Source: Bdellovibrionales bacterium
GTDB lineage: Bacteria; Bdellovibrionota; Bdellovibrionia; Bdellovibrionales; Bdellovibrionaceae
Direction of reading: 5' to 3'
NCBI GenBank assembly: GCA_031370005.1
Contig: JANMPT010000089.1
Location: forward strand, 1-20,059
DNA: 20,059 nucleotides
Each line of letters opens with the position of its first letter. The first letter of the stretch is position 1. The notes beneath the pieces were generated by a model, which ran no database searches, was not told the DNA's origin, and saw only the letters and a list, made by a program, of their open reading frames with translations. Below, one piece after another: positions 1 through 8,032 of the stretch. A program made the position numbers and the translations under genes.

Positions 1-418
1 TCTCTTCAAAAGAGCTTTTTAATACCCTGGTAAAGGCTAAGCCCTGCCAAAAGGGAGTGGAGAGCTTGCTTCCGCGATAGGCTTTAGTGATTTTTCGCGC
101 AATAAGACAAGTCACAGCTCGCAAGAAATTCTGAAAGCCTTTGCGGTACTTAAACCTGCACTTGATATGAAGGTGGTTTCCAACATTAACTATCTCAGCA
201 ATGAAGACCCCAAACTTCGCAGCTTTTTTTCGTAGGATTTGATCCACGTAAATTGAATTTGCAGGAGTTAAAAAACTCCAGGCCCCTTTTGCGTGCTCTG
301 ATTTTAGCACCAGGTGGATCCACTTTCCTGTGGATAGGGGCCGCTGTTCTTTGCGATGTCCACGGGATGTGGGGCCGCCATGGCAGGTCCTGCCGTATTT
401 GGCTTTGGTTTCTTTCAT
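1..418 (-). CDS. HUH/Y1 tyrosine transposase-family protein (RAYT/IS200-like); partial, runs off the left edge
   Basis: Not in the ORF track. Manual translation from ATG 418: MKETKAKYGRTCHGG...RKEQRPLSTGKWIHLVLKSEHAKGAWSFL...AAKFGVFIAEIVNVGNHLHIKCR...FQNFLRAVTCLIARKIT...FWQGLAFTRVL, with no stop before position 1. HUH motif NHLH lies within 164-184, plus the upstream H-L-V strand and the FW..AFTR motif typical of Y1 transposases. Confidence 0.85.
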   Translation of the reverse strand, partial: MKETKAKYGRTCHGGPTSRGHRKEQRPLSTGKWIHLVLKSEHAKGAWSFLTPANSIYVDQILRKKAAKFGVFIAEIVNVGNHLHIKCRFKYRKGFQNFLRAVTCLIARKITKAYRGSKLSTPFWQGLAFTRVLKSSFEE

Positions 419-465
419 CTTGTGGTAGTCAAAAAAGCTGGCTTGTTTGGTAATAAATTTGGGGC

Positions 466-494
466 AGTATAGTTTAGAAGCTAAAACATGGCAA
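466..494 (-). promoter_or_regulatory. sigma70-type promoter of the Y1/RAYT gene
   Basis: Minus strand reads TTGCCA (494-489)-N17-TATACT (471-466), close to consensus with ideal spacing. Confidence 0.65.
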
Positions 495-580
495 TTAGTT
501 TCTGTTATAAATAGTGAGTTTTGTTGGGTGTTAACACGGACTTCGGGGCTTAAGCAGGGCTTCTGTTTTACGTAGCCCCT

Positions 581-1081
581 TTAGTTAAGAATTCGTTTGA
601 ATCCTTTAAAAATGTAACCAAGTAGTGGCAGTCGTTCGTAAAGCTCCTCAGATAAATCAAAATAGTCACGATGGAATTCGCAGAGGCCGCTGCTGTTAAA
701 TTTAAAATGTGATGTACCATTCACTGAAAACTTTCGTCCCATAAACTGAGCAGTCATAATCCAGGTGACGAAGGCTTGGTGTTCTTGTTCTAGGACATTT
801 TCAAAAGAAAAACGCATGTCTTTTAGTTTAACTAAAGTTCTCTGATAGTATTTTTGAAGCTCATCTGCCGTGTAAAGTTCGGTGAAGGGATCTTTAAAAA
901 AAAGATCCCTGGCATAGTGTTTATGTACATTTTTTATGCTCTTTAGGCTGGGGTTAAGATTCCACTGCAAGAATTCATTGAGGTGGGTCGAGGTTCTTGG
1001 CAGAGTTGCTTTTTGATTAACTTTGGCCTTCCGTTGGTGAGAGCGTACTTGGGATGCATTTGTATTTTGTGTTTTTTCCAT
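581..1081 (-). CDS. NTF2/SnoaL-like family protein
   Basis: Y..D..FKDPF...W.M...V.G.S...F...G....HRDYFD pattern of SnoaL_2/NTF2 proteins. SD GGAGG upstream of ATG 1081. Confidence 0.85.
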   Translation of the reverse strand: MEKTQNTNASQVRSHQRKAKVNQKATLPRTSTHLNEFLQWNLNPSLKSIKNVHKHYARDLFFKDPFTELYTADELQKYYQRTLVKLKDMRFSFENVLEQEHQAFVTWIMTAQFMGRKFSVNGTSHFKFNSSGLCEFHRDYFDLSEELYERLPLLGYIFKGFKRILN

Positions 1082-1189
1082 AAAAGACCTCCGTTACAAC
1101 GTTCTCATAGCTATGTGGCATTGGTCGAATGATGTTCTCGTCATAAAGTGAAGTTGATTCCTCAGTTGTTCCGTGATTTGATCTTTGAC

Positions 1190-2437
1190 ATGATTAAAGA
1201 TAAAAAAATACTGAGCTGGGCTCTTTATGATTGGGCGAACAGCGCCTATTCAACGACAGTGATGGCAGGATTTTTCCCACTTTTTTTTCAAAAATATTGG
1301 AGTATTGGAGCTGATTCCATAATTACAACGACACGTTTAGGAACAGCTATTTCCGTTTCCAGTTTTATAATCGCAATGTTAAGCCCGATTCTAGGTGCTA
1401 TCGCAGATTTGCGATCTCATAAAAAACTTTATACCTTTCTTTTTATGATTGTCGGAGCTCTAAGCTGTGGTTGGATGTTTTTTATTGGCCAGGGGGATTG
1501 GTGGTCGGCAATCTTAGCTTATGGCATTTCTATGATGGCCTTTAATGCGAGTTGTGTATTTTATGATGCCCTTCTTCCCTATGTGGCGACAGGCCGTAAA
1601 ATGGACTATGCCTCCTCAATGGGTTATGCGGTTGGCTATTTGGGAGGTGGCGTGCTTTTCTTAATTAACGTTATGATGCTGAGCTTTCCTGATAAATTTG
1701 GTCTTGCAGGAAAAGAAGCCGCCGTTAAGTTTTCCTTTTTGACAGTGGGTGTATGGTGGTTTGTATTTAGTTTTCCACTGATGAAAAATGTTCCAGAGCC
1801 AAAATCGGAATTCAAAGGTTCATTTTTCAAGATGATGAGCAGTAGCTTTTCTAGCCTTAGGAAAACCTTTCTTATTTTACTTAAAGAAAAAAATATTTTG
1901 TATTTCGTTTTGGCTTATTGGCTTTATATTGATGGTGTTTACACAGTTATGACCATGGCAGTGGATTATGGCGTGTCGCTTGGTCTTGATGCCAAAGATC
2001 TCATGTTGGCTTTGTTACTCACTCAATTTATTGGTTTTCCATGTGCATGGGCTTTTGGTACTGTGACCTCTCGATGGGGACTAAAAAAGCCGATTCTTTT
2101 TTGTATAGTAGTCTATGCAATCACTGTGGTTCTTGCGACTCAGATGACCACGGCTTTGCATTTCTATGCTTTGGCTTTGGTTATTGGGGCGGTTCAGGGT
2201 GGCGTACAGTCCTTAAGCCGCAGTTTTTTTGCGCATATGATTCCGAAGAAATCCAGTGGGGAGTATTTTGGCCTGTTTAATCTTGTAGGTAAATTCGCTT
2301 CGATACTGGGGCCTTTAATTGTGGCCTGGACAGTGTATTTTAGCGGACAGCATCGTTTAGGAATGGGGGGCCTTTTGATATTGTTTGTTCTTGGTGGCGG
2401 GCTTCTTTTAAAGGTAAAGGAGATTGAAAGCGTCTAG
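1190..2437 (+). CDS. MFS transporter, UMF1/ATG22-like family
   Basis: SWALYDWANSAY N-terminal signature, about 12 hydrophobic helices, GGVQSLSRS and EYFGLFNLVGK motifs. ATG 1190 preferred over GTG 1148. Confidence 0.9.
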   Translation: MIKDKKILSWALYDWANSAYSTTVMAGFFPLFFQKYWSIGADSIITTTRLGTAISVSSFIIAMLSPILGAIADLRSHKKLYTFLFMIVGALSCGWMFFIGQGDWWSAILAYGISMMAFNASCVFYDALLPYVATGRKMDYASSMGYAVGYLGGGVLFLINVMMLSFPDKFGLAGKEAAVKFSFLTVGVWWFVFSFPLMKNVPEPKSEFKGSFFKMMSSSFSSLRKTFLILLKEKNILYFVLAYWLYIDGVYTVMTMAVDYGVSLGLDAKDLMLALLLTQFIGFPCAWAFGTVTSRWGLKKPILFCIVVYAITVVLATQMTTALHFYALALVIGAVQGGVQSLSRSFFAHMIPKKSSGEYFGLFNLVGKFASILGPLIVAWTVYFSGQHRLGMGGLLILFVLGGGLLLKVKEIESV

Positions 2438-2501
2438 TTTTTTGCAATTCTTACATTTAAAAGCTCAGTCACAGAGGTTGCTTTTTTCAATAGATAGACT
2501 C

Positions 2502-2517
2502 TGCTATAGTGTTGCCC
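2502..2517 (+). promoter_or_regulatory. extended -10 promoter (TGnTATAGT), probably giving a leaderless rlmE mRNA
   Basis: TGCTATAGT at 2502-2510, 7 nt before ATG 2518. No SD. Confidence 0.55.
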
Positions 2518-3111
2518 ATGAGTTACAACCACCGAGACCACTATTTTAAAAAGGCCAAAGAAGAAAATTACGCAGCTCGCTCTATTTTTAAACTCGAAGA
2601 GATCGATAAAAAATATAAACTTTTTAAACCAAATCAAATGGTTTTAGATTTAGGGGCATCGCCCGGATCATGGTCACAATATGCTTCTCAAAAAACCGGA
2701 GCCCAGGGACGAATTATTGGCGTCGACTTAAAACCTGTGACAGTTAGTTTAAAAAATGCAGTTTTCATTCAAGCGGATCTTTATGATTTAAAGCTCGAAG
2801 ATATTTTTAAAGAGCATGGCTTCACCCCGCCTTTTGACATTGTAATGTCAGACATGGCACCAAATACGACTGGTCATCGCTTCACCGACCAAGCACGCTC
2901 TGTGGCTTTATGTGAATTGGCGCTAGAAATCGCTCGTCGGTTTCTCAAGCCTGGGGGCCACTTTGTATGTAAACTTTTTCACAGTGAAGAGTTTGTAAAG
3001 TTGCGGGGGGAAATCAAGAAGGACTTTCAGAAATTTGAAGCGCTCAAGCCTGACAGCACAAGAAAAATTAGTAAAGAGATTTTCCTGGTTGGAATTACTA
3101 AAAAGTCGTGA
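2518..3111 (+). CDS. rlmE: 23S rRNA (uridine-2552 2'-O)-methyltransferase RlmE/FtsJ
   Basis: Y.ARS.FKL.EI, VLDLGASPGSWSQ (SAM-binding), GVDL, SDMAPN, and K..S.E motifs (K-D-K-E tetrad). Confidence 0.95.
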   Translation: MSYNHRDHYFKKAKEENYAARSIFKLEEIDKKYKLFKPNQMVLDLGASPGSWSQYASQKTGAQGRIIGVDLKPVTVSLKNAVFIQADLYDLKLEDIFKEHGFTPPFDIVMSDMAPNTTGHRFTDQARSVALCELALEIARRFLKPGGHFVCKLFHSEEFVKLRGEIKKDFQKFEALKPDSTRKISKEIFLVGITKKS

Positions 3112-3117
3112 AATTCG

Positions 3118-3291
3118 TCAGTGCATGTTGACTGCGCCTTGTGCCTGCAAAAATTGCTGACAGCGTGGGTCACAGGCCATGACAACTTCATAACGGGTCG
3201 GGTCCAGACCTTTTGCCAGAGTAATAGGCCTTGCAACATGCGCAAGAGTTACAGCTTCGGCAAAAAAAAGGACGCGCTTAGGACTACTCAT
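3118..3291 (-). pseudogene. N-terminal fragment (57 aa) of a GT-B/MGT-type glycosyltransferase
   Basis: Manual translation: [57 protein letters not shown]. It has the beta1 strand, a catalytic-His loop (AHV.RP..LA) and the beta2 strand (EVVMA) of GT1-like enzymes, which normally run to about 400 aa. Hand-counted GC about 51%. Confidence 0.7.
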
Positions 3292-3411
3292 GGTTCTTTT
3301 CTACAGATGAAAACTTAAAAGTTAAATAAAAACTGAAAATCATCTCCAATATAGAAACGAAGCTTGCCAAAATCTCTCAAAAATAGAGAGAAGCCGTTTT
3401 TTGGACTACGC

Positions 3412-3447
3412 TTGCTCCTTTTTGAAAGAAGGGGTAGGATCGCTCTC
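3412..3447 (+). promoter_or_regulatory. sigma70-type promoter, probably giving a leaderless polymerase mRNA
   Basis: TTGCTC (3412-3417)-N17-TAGGAT (3435-3440)-N7-ATG 3448. Confidence 0.55.
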
Positions 3448-4653
3448 ATGGTCCGTTGGCTGTATCTTGATCTCAATTCTTTTTTTGCTTCCTGTGAACA
3501 GCAGGAAAATCCTGAGCTCCGGGGCAAACCCGTGGCGGTTGTCCCTTTGATGGCAAATACAACAGCGGTTTTAGCAGCTAGCTACGAAGCGAAAGCCAAA
3601 GGGATTAAAACCGGAACGCTGGTGGGGGATGCCAAAAGAATGTGCCCGGGTCTTCGCTTGGTTCAATCTCGACATAAGATTTATATTGGCTATCACCAAA
3701 AAGTACGTGAGGTCTTAGAGAGTTGTATTCCCATTCATTCCGTCTGTTCAATTGACGAGTTTGCCTGTGAACTGACGGGCTCTCAACAAAATCTTGAAGT
3801 CGCCACGGCCTTAACGACGAAAATAAAAAATGAGATTCGCGAACGGGTCGGTGTTTGCATGACCTCTTCTATTGGTCTGGCACCGAATATGCTTTTGGCG
3901 AAAATGGCTACAGATATGCAAAAACCAGATGGTTTTATCACTATTGAGCCCGCGGAGCTTCCAAAAAGACTTTTTCCTCTGAAATTGCGTGATGTTCCTG
4001 GAATTGGGCCAAAGATGGAGCAAAGAATCAATCAAAAGGGTATCACCTCCATGGAACAAATGCTGGGGCTCAATGAAAAACAAATGCATGGTTTGTGGGG
4101 CAGTTTGCTCGGTAGTCGTTATTATTACCTTTTGCGAGGAGAGAATATTCTCGTCCCAAAAAATAAAAGCCAGAGTATCGGTCATCAGCACGTTTTGCCA
4201 CCCAATGAGAGATCCTGGGATGGAGCCTTGGGTGTGGCCCAAAAGCTTCTTTCAAAAACAGCAGTGCGCTTACGTAAAGAGAACTTTCTTACGAAGCGTT
4301 TAAGTCTTTCAGTAAAATTTATGAATCATCATGAAAAGTTTGAGAAATCCATCAAGTTGCAGGAAACTCAAGACACAGCTTTATTATTAGTTCAACTCAA
4401 TCGTTTTTTCACTGAGATATCTCGTAAATATAAACCATTGATGGTCTCTGTTGTTTTGTCTGACTTTAGAAATTCAGAGAGTCATCAGCTTTCATTTTTT
4501 GAAAACACCAAGCGTGAACAGCTTTTTGGTGTAGTGGATAAGATTAACGAGAAGTTTGGCAAAGATACTATTTATTTAGCATGTCTTCATGATAAAATGG
4601 ATGTGGCTCCCGCAGCCATTGCATTTTCTCGGATTCCAGAACTCGAGGAGTGA
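3448..4653 (+). CDS. dinB: Y-family DNA polymerase (Pol IV/DinB-like, ImpB/MucB/SamB family)
   Basis: LYLDLNSFFASCEQ, AASYEAK..G, SIDE catalytic motif, LAKMATDMQKPDG, HhH VPGIG, C-terminal beta-clamp motif QLSFF. Start moved from TTG 3364 to ATG 3448. Confidence 0.9.
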   Translation: MVRWLYLDLNSFFASCEQQENPELRGKPVAVVPLMANTTAVLAASYEAKAKGIKTGTLVGDAKRMCPGLRLVQSRHKIYIGYHQKVREVLESCIPIHSVCSIDEFACELTGSQQNLEVATALTTKIKNEIRERVGVCMTSSIGLAPNMLLAKMATDMQKPDGFITIEPAELPKRLFPLKLRDVPGIGPKMEQRINQKGITSMEQMLGLNEKQMHGLWGSLLGSRYYYLLRGENILVPKNKSQSIGHQHVLPPNERSWDGALGVAQKLLSKTAVRLRKENFLTKRLSLSVKFMNHHEKFEKSIKLQETQDTALLLVQLNRFFTEISRKYKPLMVSVVLSDFRNSESHQLSFFENTKREQLFGVVDKINEKFGKDTIYLACLHDKMDVAPAAIAFSRIPELEE

Positions 4654-4656
4654 TTA

Positions 4657-5802
4657 TCAGGGTATATTTCTATGCAGTTCTAAGGTTTTAAATGGAAGAT
4701 CTTCGCTACCTGGATCCGCGTATTCCGGATCCAGCTTTGAAGAGAAATCTTGGGACGGGTTCATGCCAACATTGTCGGCATTGTCGAAAGCTCCGAGGTC
4801 TGTGTCTTTCATAATAAGTGAACGATAGATATTGAGTGTGGTTTGCTGTTTGGTCTTTCCGATGAGAAGCTCACTGTCGTTGCCAGTTCGTGTAAGCTGC
4901 TGGATAAGTTTTTCGGGGTCCTTCAGATTTGAATTTACAGCCATAAGTAAAGCCGCAGTTCCGCTGACAAAGGCTGTAGCCTGTGAGGTTCCTGTCATCG
5001 TTCCGAAGATTCCTCCTGGAAGACTTGAGACGATATTTTTTCCAGGCGCAGCAATATCCACGCTGTGACTTCCATAGTTACTAGAGGGAAGTACTTTGCG
5101 GCGCTCGTCAATGGCCGTGACTGAGATGATGTTGGAAAGACCATAGTTTGCAGGATAGAATCCAAAAATGTCAGAATTGCTGTTCTCATTTCCTGCTGCC
5201 GCAACAAAAAGGATTTCTTGCTTTCGGGCCTTGCGAATAGCACTTTCTTCATCGGAAGATTTGGTTGTTCCACCGCCTGAGTAGTTAATAATGCGCGCTT
5301 TCATTTGTGTAGCATAGCGGATGGCTTTTACAGTATTAACCAGATTGTTTTCGCCGGAATTTTCAGGATTATAATATTTGATTATCATAAGAGTCGTTTT
5401 AGGTGCCAGATGCTGGATGATTCCAGCCACGTGAGTGCCATGGCCATGAAGATCTGAGAGATCATTGTTGTTATCAGCAAAATTCCAGCCATGAACATCG
5501 TCGATGAATCCATTCTGGTCGTCATCAACGCCATTCTTTGATTTATCATTACCCAGATCGTCAGTTCCGGTCTCGCCTGGATTTGTCCATAAGTTATTTC
5601 GAAGGCTCGGATGCAAGGTATCTGCACCTGTATCGATAACAGCGACAACAATATTTTTACTACCCTGACTCAGAGACCAGGCCTGCTTGGCCTCTACCAT
5701 TTGCAGGCTGTAAGAGAGTGTCTCTGATGGATTTTGTATTTTTGCCAAGCCTGTACTGGAAATAATTAATATGGACAAAAGTGGAATTTTAATAAGAGTC
5801 AT
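4657..5802 (-). CDS. secreted S8 (subtilisin-like) serine peptidase
   Basis: Catalytic triad AVIDTG / HGHGTHVAG / GTSQAT, oxyanion AAAGN, signal peptide from ATG 5802. Overlaps the stop of the upstream gene. Confidence 0.93.
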   Translation of the reverse strand: MTLIKIPLLSILIISSTGLAKIQNPSETLSYSLQMVEAKQAWSLSQGSKNIVVAVIDTGADTLHPSLRNNLWTNPGETGTDDLGNDKSKNGVDDDQNGFIDDVHGWNFADNNNDLSDLHGHGTHVAGIIQHLAPKTTLMIIKYYNPENSGENNLVNTVKAIRYATQMKARIINYSGGGTTKSSDEESAIRKARKQEILFVAAAGNENSNSDIFGFYPANYGLSNIISVTAIDERRKVLPSSNYGSHSVDIAAPGKNIVSSLPGGIFGTMTGTSQATAFVSGTAALLMAVNSNLKDPEKLIQQLTRTGNDSELLIGKTKQQTTLNIYRSLIMKDTDLGAFDNADNVGMNPSQDFSSKLDPEYADPGSEDLPFKTLELHRNIP

Positions 5803-6763
5803 TAAGGAGCCCTCGCGCATTCTGGTAAGATATTTTCTGGATTTCACTTCCTTGTGTGACTTTGACTTGATTTAGATACTTAAGACCATCAGCACCTTTT
5901 TTGTACCGAAATTCATAGGCGGTTTTGTTGATAAGTTTTCCTGCGCAGCGTTTTTCTGCGACTGAGGTATAGTCGAAGCCTTTACCTAAACGGGTGAATT
6001 TAAAAGACTCATTACACTTATTTCGACTATCAATGCGTACGATCCAATCTTTTTCTTTGTTGTAGGTAAAGACCTCTTGAGTTTTATCAGGATAGTAAAT
6101 CCGCGTTAGATTATGAAGATCGTCATAGTTATAGCTAAACGAGTTTTTCCAAGAGTTGGCTACGCGTACCAAATTTTGCTCTTTATAGTGATAATTTGCC
6201 TGACGGTTTTTCCCTAGCTCAATAGCTAAGATGTGTTGGCGAGTTGAATCGAATTTTATTTTCATTTCGGAGTTTTTATTAACTGTGATTTTTACTAGTA
6301 GTCCGCTGTAGTCGTAGATGAGATCAAGACGATCTCCGGTGCTGCTGATTAAGCTTATTAGTTTTCCGAGCTTGTTATATTTTTGAATGCTTTTTTGAGG
6401 TGTAGTTCTAAGGTAGGTGTTGTCTTTGAATTCGATGCTTTCTTTTTCTAAGGACTCGTAGAGATTCTCTTTTTTCTTTTTAAATCTTATAGGGGCTGTT
6501 AGGCGGCAATCATTGAGACTTATTTGGTCGCTCCGGTTAAGATCCAGCCTTTTTTCAAAGTCGGAGCACCACCCAAACCCAAAAAGACCGGGGTGCAGGG
6601 AGCGGCTATTGTAGGTTCGCCGCAGCTGAAAAATATGTGCGTCTTTTCGAATTTCAAAATCGATCCATGTTTTGTAATAGCTGGCATCCTTCATGTTAAC
6701 ATCAGCGTTTGCGGACAGGGATGTGTATGCGGAGAGAAATGTTAGGAAAAGAAATTTCTTCAT
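5789..6763 (-). CDS. secreted DUF6531 + YD/RHS-repeat protein (Bd0109-like)
   Basis: Signal peptide ending ANA, then RTYNSRS...G.FGFGWCSDFE (DUF6531 motif) and YD-type repeats (YNKLGKLI, YDYSGLL, YNYDDLHNLTRIYYPD). No RHS core-associated C-terminal toxin. Confidence 0.82.
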   Translation of the reverse strand: MKKFLFLTFLSAYTSLSANADVNMKDASYYKTWIDFEIRKDAHIFQLRRTYNSRSLHPGLFGFGWCSDFEKRLDLNRSDQISLNDCRLTAPIRFKKKKENLYESLEKESIEFKDNTYLRTTPQKSIQKYNKLGKLISLISSTGDRLDLIYDYSGLLVKITVNKNSEMKIKFDSTRQHILAIELGKNRQANYHYKEQNLVRVANSWKNSFSYNYDDLHNLTRIYYPDKTQEVFTYNKEKDWIVRIDSRNKCNESFKFTRLGKGFDYTSVAEKRCAGKLINKTAYEFRYKKGADGLKYLNQVKVTQGSEIQKISYQNARGLLNDSY

Positions 6764-6773
6764 GCTTGACGCT

Positions 6774-6792
6774 ATTGCAAGACAAAGACCAA
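6774..6792 (-). promoter_or_regulatory. sigma54 -24/-12 promoter of the YD-repeat/S8 operon
   Basis: Minus strand TTGGTCTTTGTCTTGCAAT gives GG-N10-GC with TTGCA, and the ATG follows 13 nt after the GC. No SD. Confidence 0.5.
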
Positions 6793-6875
6793 GCTCAAGT
6801 AAAGGTTAAAGCATAGGGAGCTGTTAGAAAACCTGAGGTGTCCATGCGCTGGTATGCGCTCACTAATGCATAGAC

Positions 6876-6899
6876 AGGGTGTTAGAAAACTTACACCCT
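6876..6899 (-). terminator. hairpin immediately after the diguanylate cyclase stop codon
   Basis: AGGGTGT (6876-6882) ... ACACCCT (6893-6899) inverted repeat with an inner AG/CT pair. The U-tract is weak. Confidence 0.45.
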
Positions 6900-8002
6900 T
6901 AGGCGACTTGTTTGATGTTCGTTGGGCGTGTCGCAATTGTATATTTGTTTCGGCCGGTTTGTTTCGATTGATATAGTGCTGAATCCGCGCGCTTGACCCA
7001 CTGATCCAGTGTCTCATTATGAATCCATTGGGCAATGCCCAGCGAGACTGTAAAATTGATCTTCAGCTCACCATGGATGAAAACCTCTCTGCGGACCTTA
7101 GTGAGAACCTCTTCAGCCTTTACAGAAGCATGTTCTGCAGTGAAGCCTGGTAGAATTACAGCGAACTCCTCGCCACCAATGCGGGCGACAAAATCATCTT
7201 CACGAGGGAAGGTCTCTTTCAGCATTTTTACACATTCTTTTAAGACATAGTCACCAATATCATGTCCATAGGTATCGTTGATTTTTTTGAAAAAGTCGAT
7301 ATCAAGTATAATAGCAGAAACTGGTGTCTGAGAAATTACCGCCATTTGCATGTGTTTTTTCATCTGCTCATCAAAACTTTTGCGATTAAATGCGGAAGTT
7401 AGATGATCCACACGCATATTTTGATTAGCTTCCATTAGCTGCTTTTTAACAGAAGAAAGATTCTTCTTCATTGTCGACATGCGTTTGGCTCTGCGGTCAT
7501 CTTTTTGAGATTGATATTTTATATAGAAATCAATAAATTCACGGGATTTTGATCGAAGAGCATCAATGGAGTTTGCATCCACAGCCTCGCGCAATTGTTC
7601 AAGACTTTGCGTGGCCTCTGCATCTTTGGTTTGTTCGTATTGAATATCATCACTTAGTTGTTCTGCGAAATCCCATATAATGCGTTTAAAGTCATCAAAA
7701 GTATTTTGAATATAGGTGTATTCATCAATACGATAACTTGAAAAAAACTGACGAAGCTGAAAGAGAAACTTTTCTGAGGACTTGTTGTCTATACTCACAA
7801 GCCCTTTAACGAAAGAGTCGAAGGTCTCTCGCACACGACGAAGTGGTTGCTTATCAACTTCGAATAGATGTTTGCTATAGTTGTCCAAAATATAAAGAAG
7901 AGTGGCTCTGTCCTCTGTCATGTCGACATGGGGGGCGGATGTGCCGGTTTCGGTCTCATTCCAATCAAATTGATCAACGAGCTTTTTTACCCATTGTTTC
8001 AA
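6899..8002 (-). CDS. diguanylate cyclase (GGEEF) with a helical/coiled-coil N-terminal region
   Basis: DHLT..FNR, LDIDFFKKINDTYGH.IGD, RxxD I-site (REDD) and RIGGEEF active site, ADSALYQSK..GRN. TTG start with AGGAGG SD. Confidence 0.93.
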   Translation of the reverse strand: MKQWVKKLVDQFDWNETETGTSAPHVDMTEDRATLLYILDNYSKHLFEVDKQPLRRVRETFDSFVKGLVSIDNKSSEKFLFQLRQFFSSYRIDEYTYIQNTFDDFKRIIWDFAEQLSDDIQYEQTKDAEATQSLEQLREAVDANSIDALRSKSREFIDFYIKYQSQKDDRRAKRMSTMKKNLSSVKKQLMEANQNMRVDHLTSAFNRKSFDEQMKKHMQMAVISQTPVSAIILDIDFFKKINDTYGHDIGDYVLKECVKMLKETFPREDDFVARIGGEEFAVILPGFTAEHASVKAEEVLTKVRREVFIHGELKINFTVSLGIAQWIHNETLDQWVKRADSALYQSKQTGRNKYTIATRPTNIKQVA

Positions 8003-8032
8003 GTGCGCCTCCTAAAAAAATTTAACATATTC

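Noticed and set aside
41..453. Plus-strand ORFs 41-235 and 253-453
   Set aside because: Antisense shadows of the minus-strand Y1/HUH gene, which has recognisable motifs.
1..583. Stop-codon read-through fusing the NTF2 protein to the Y1 protein (same frame, no stop from 580 to 1)
   Set aside because: The stop is TAA, a good promoter lies in the intervening stretch (466-494), and the intervening codons do not look like a conserved domain. Probably chance.
3401..3416. TTGGACTACGCTTGCT as a sigma54 promoter for dinB
   Set aside because: GG-to-GC spacing is 9, not 10. The same TTGCTC fits better as a sigma70 -35.
3027..3527. Track ORFs 3027-3245, 3121-3318 and 3315-3527
   Set aside because: No recognisable motifs. 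They overlap rlmE, the glycosyltransferase fragment or dinB in other frames.
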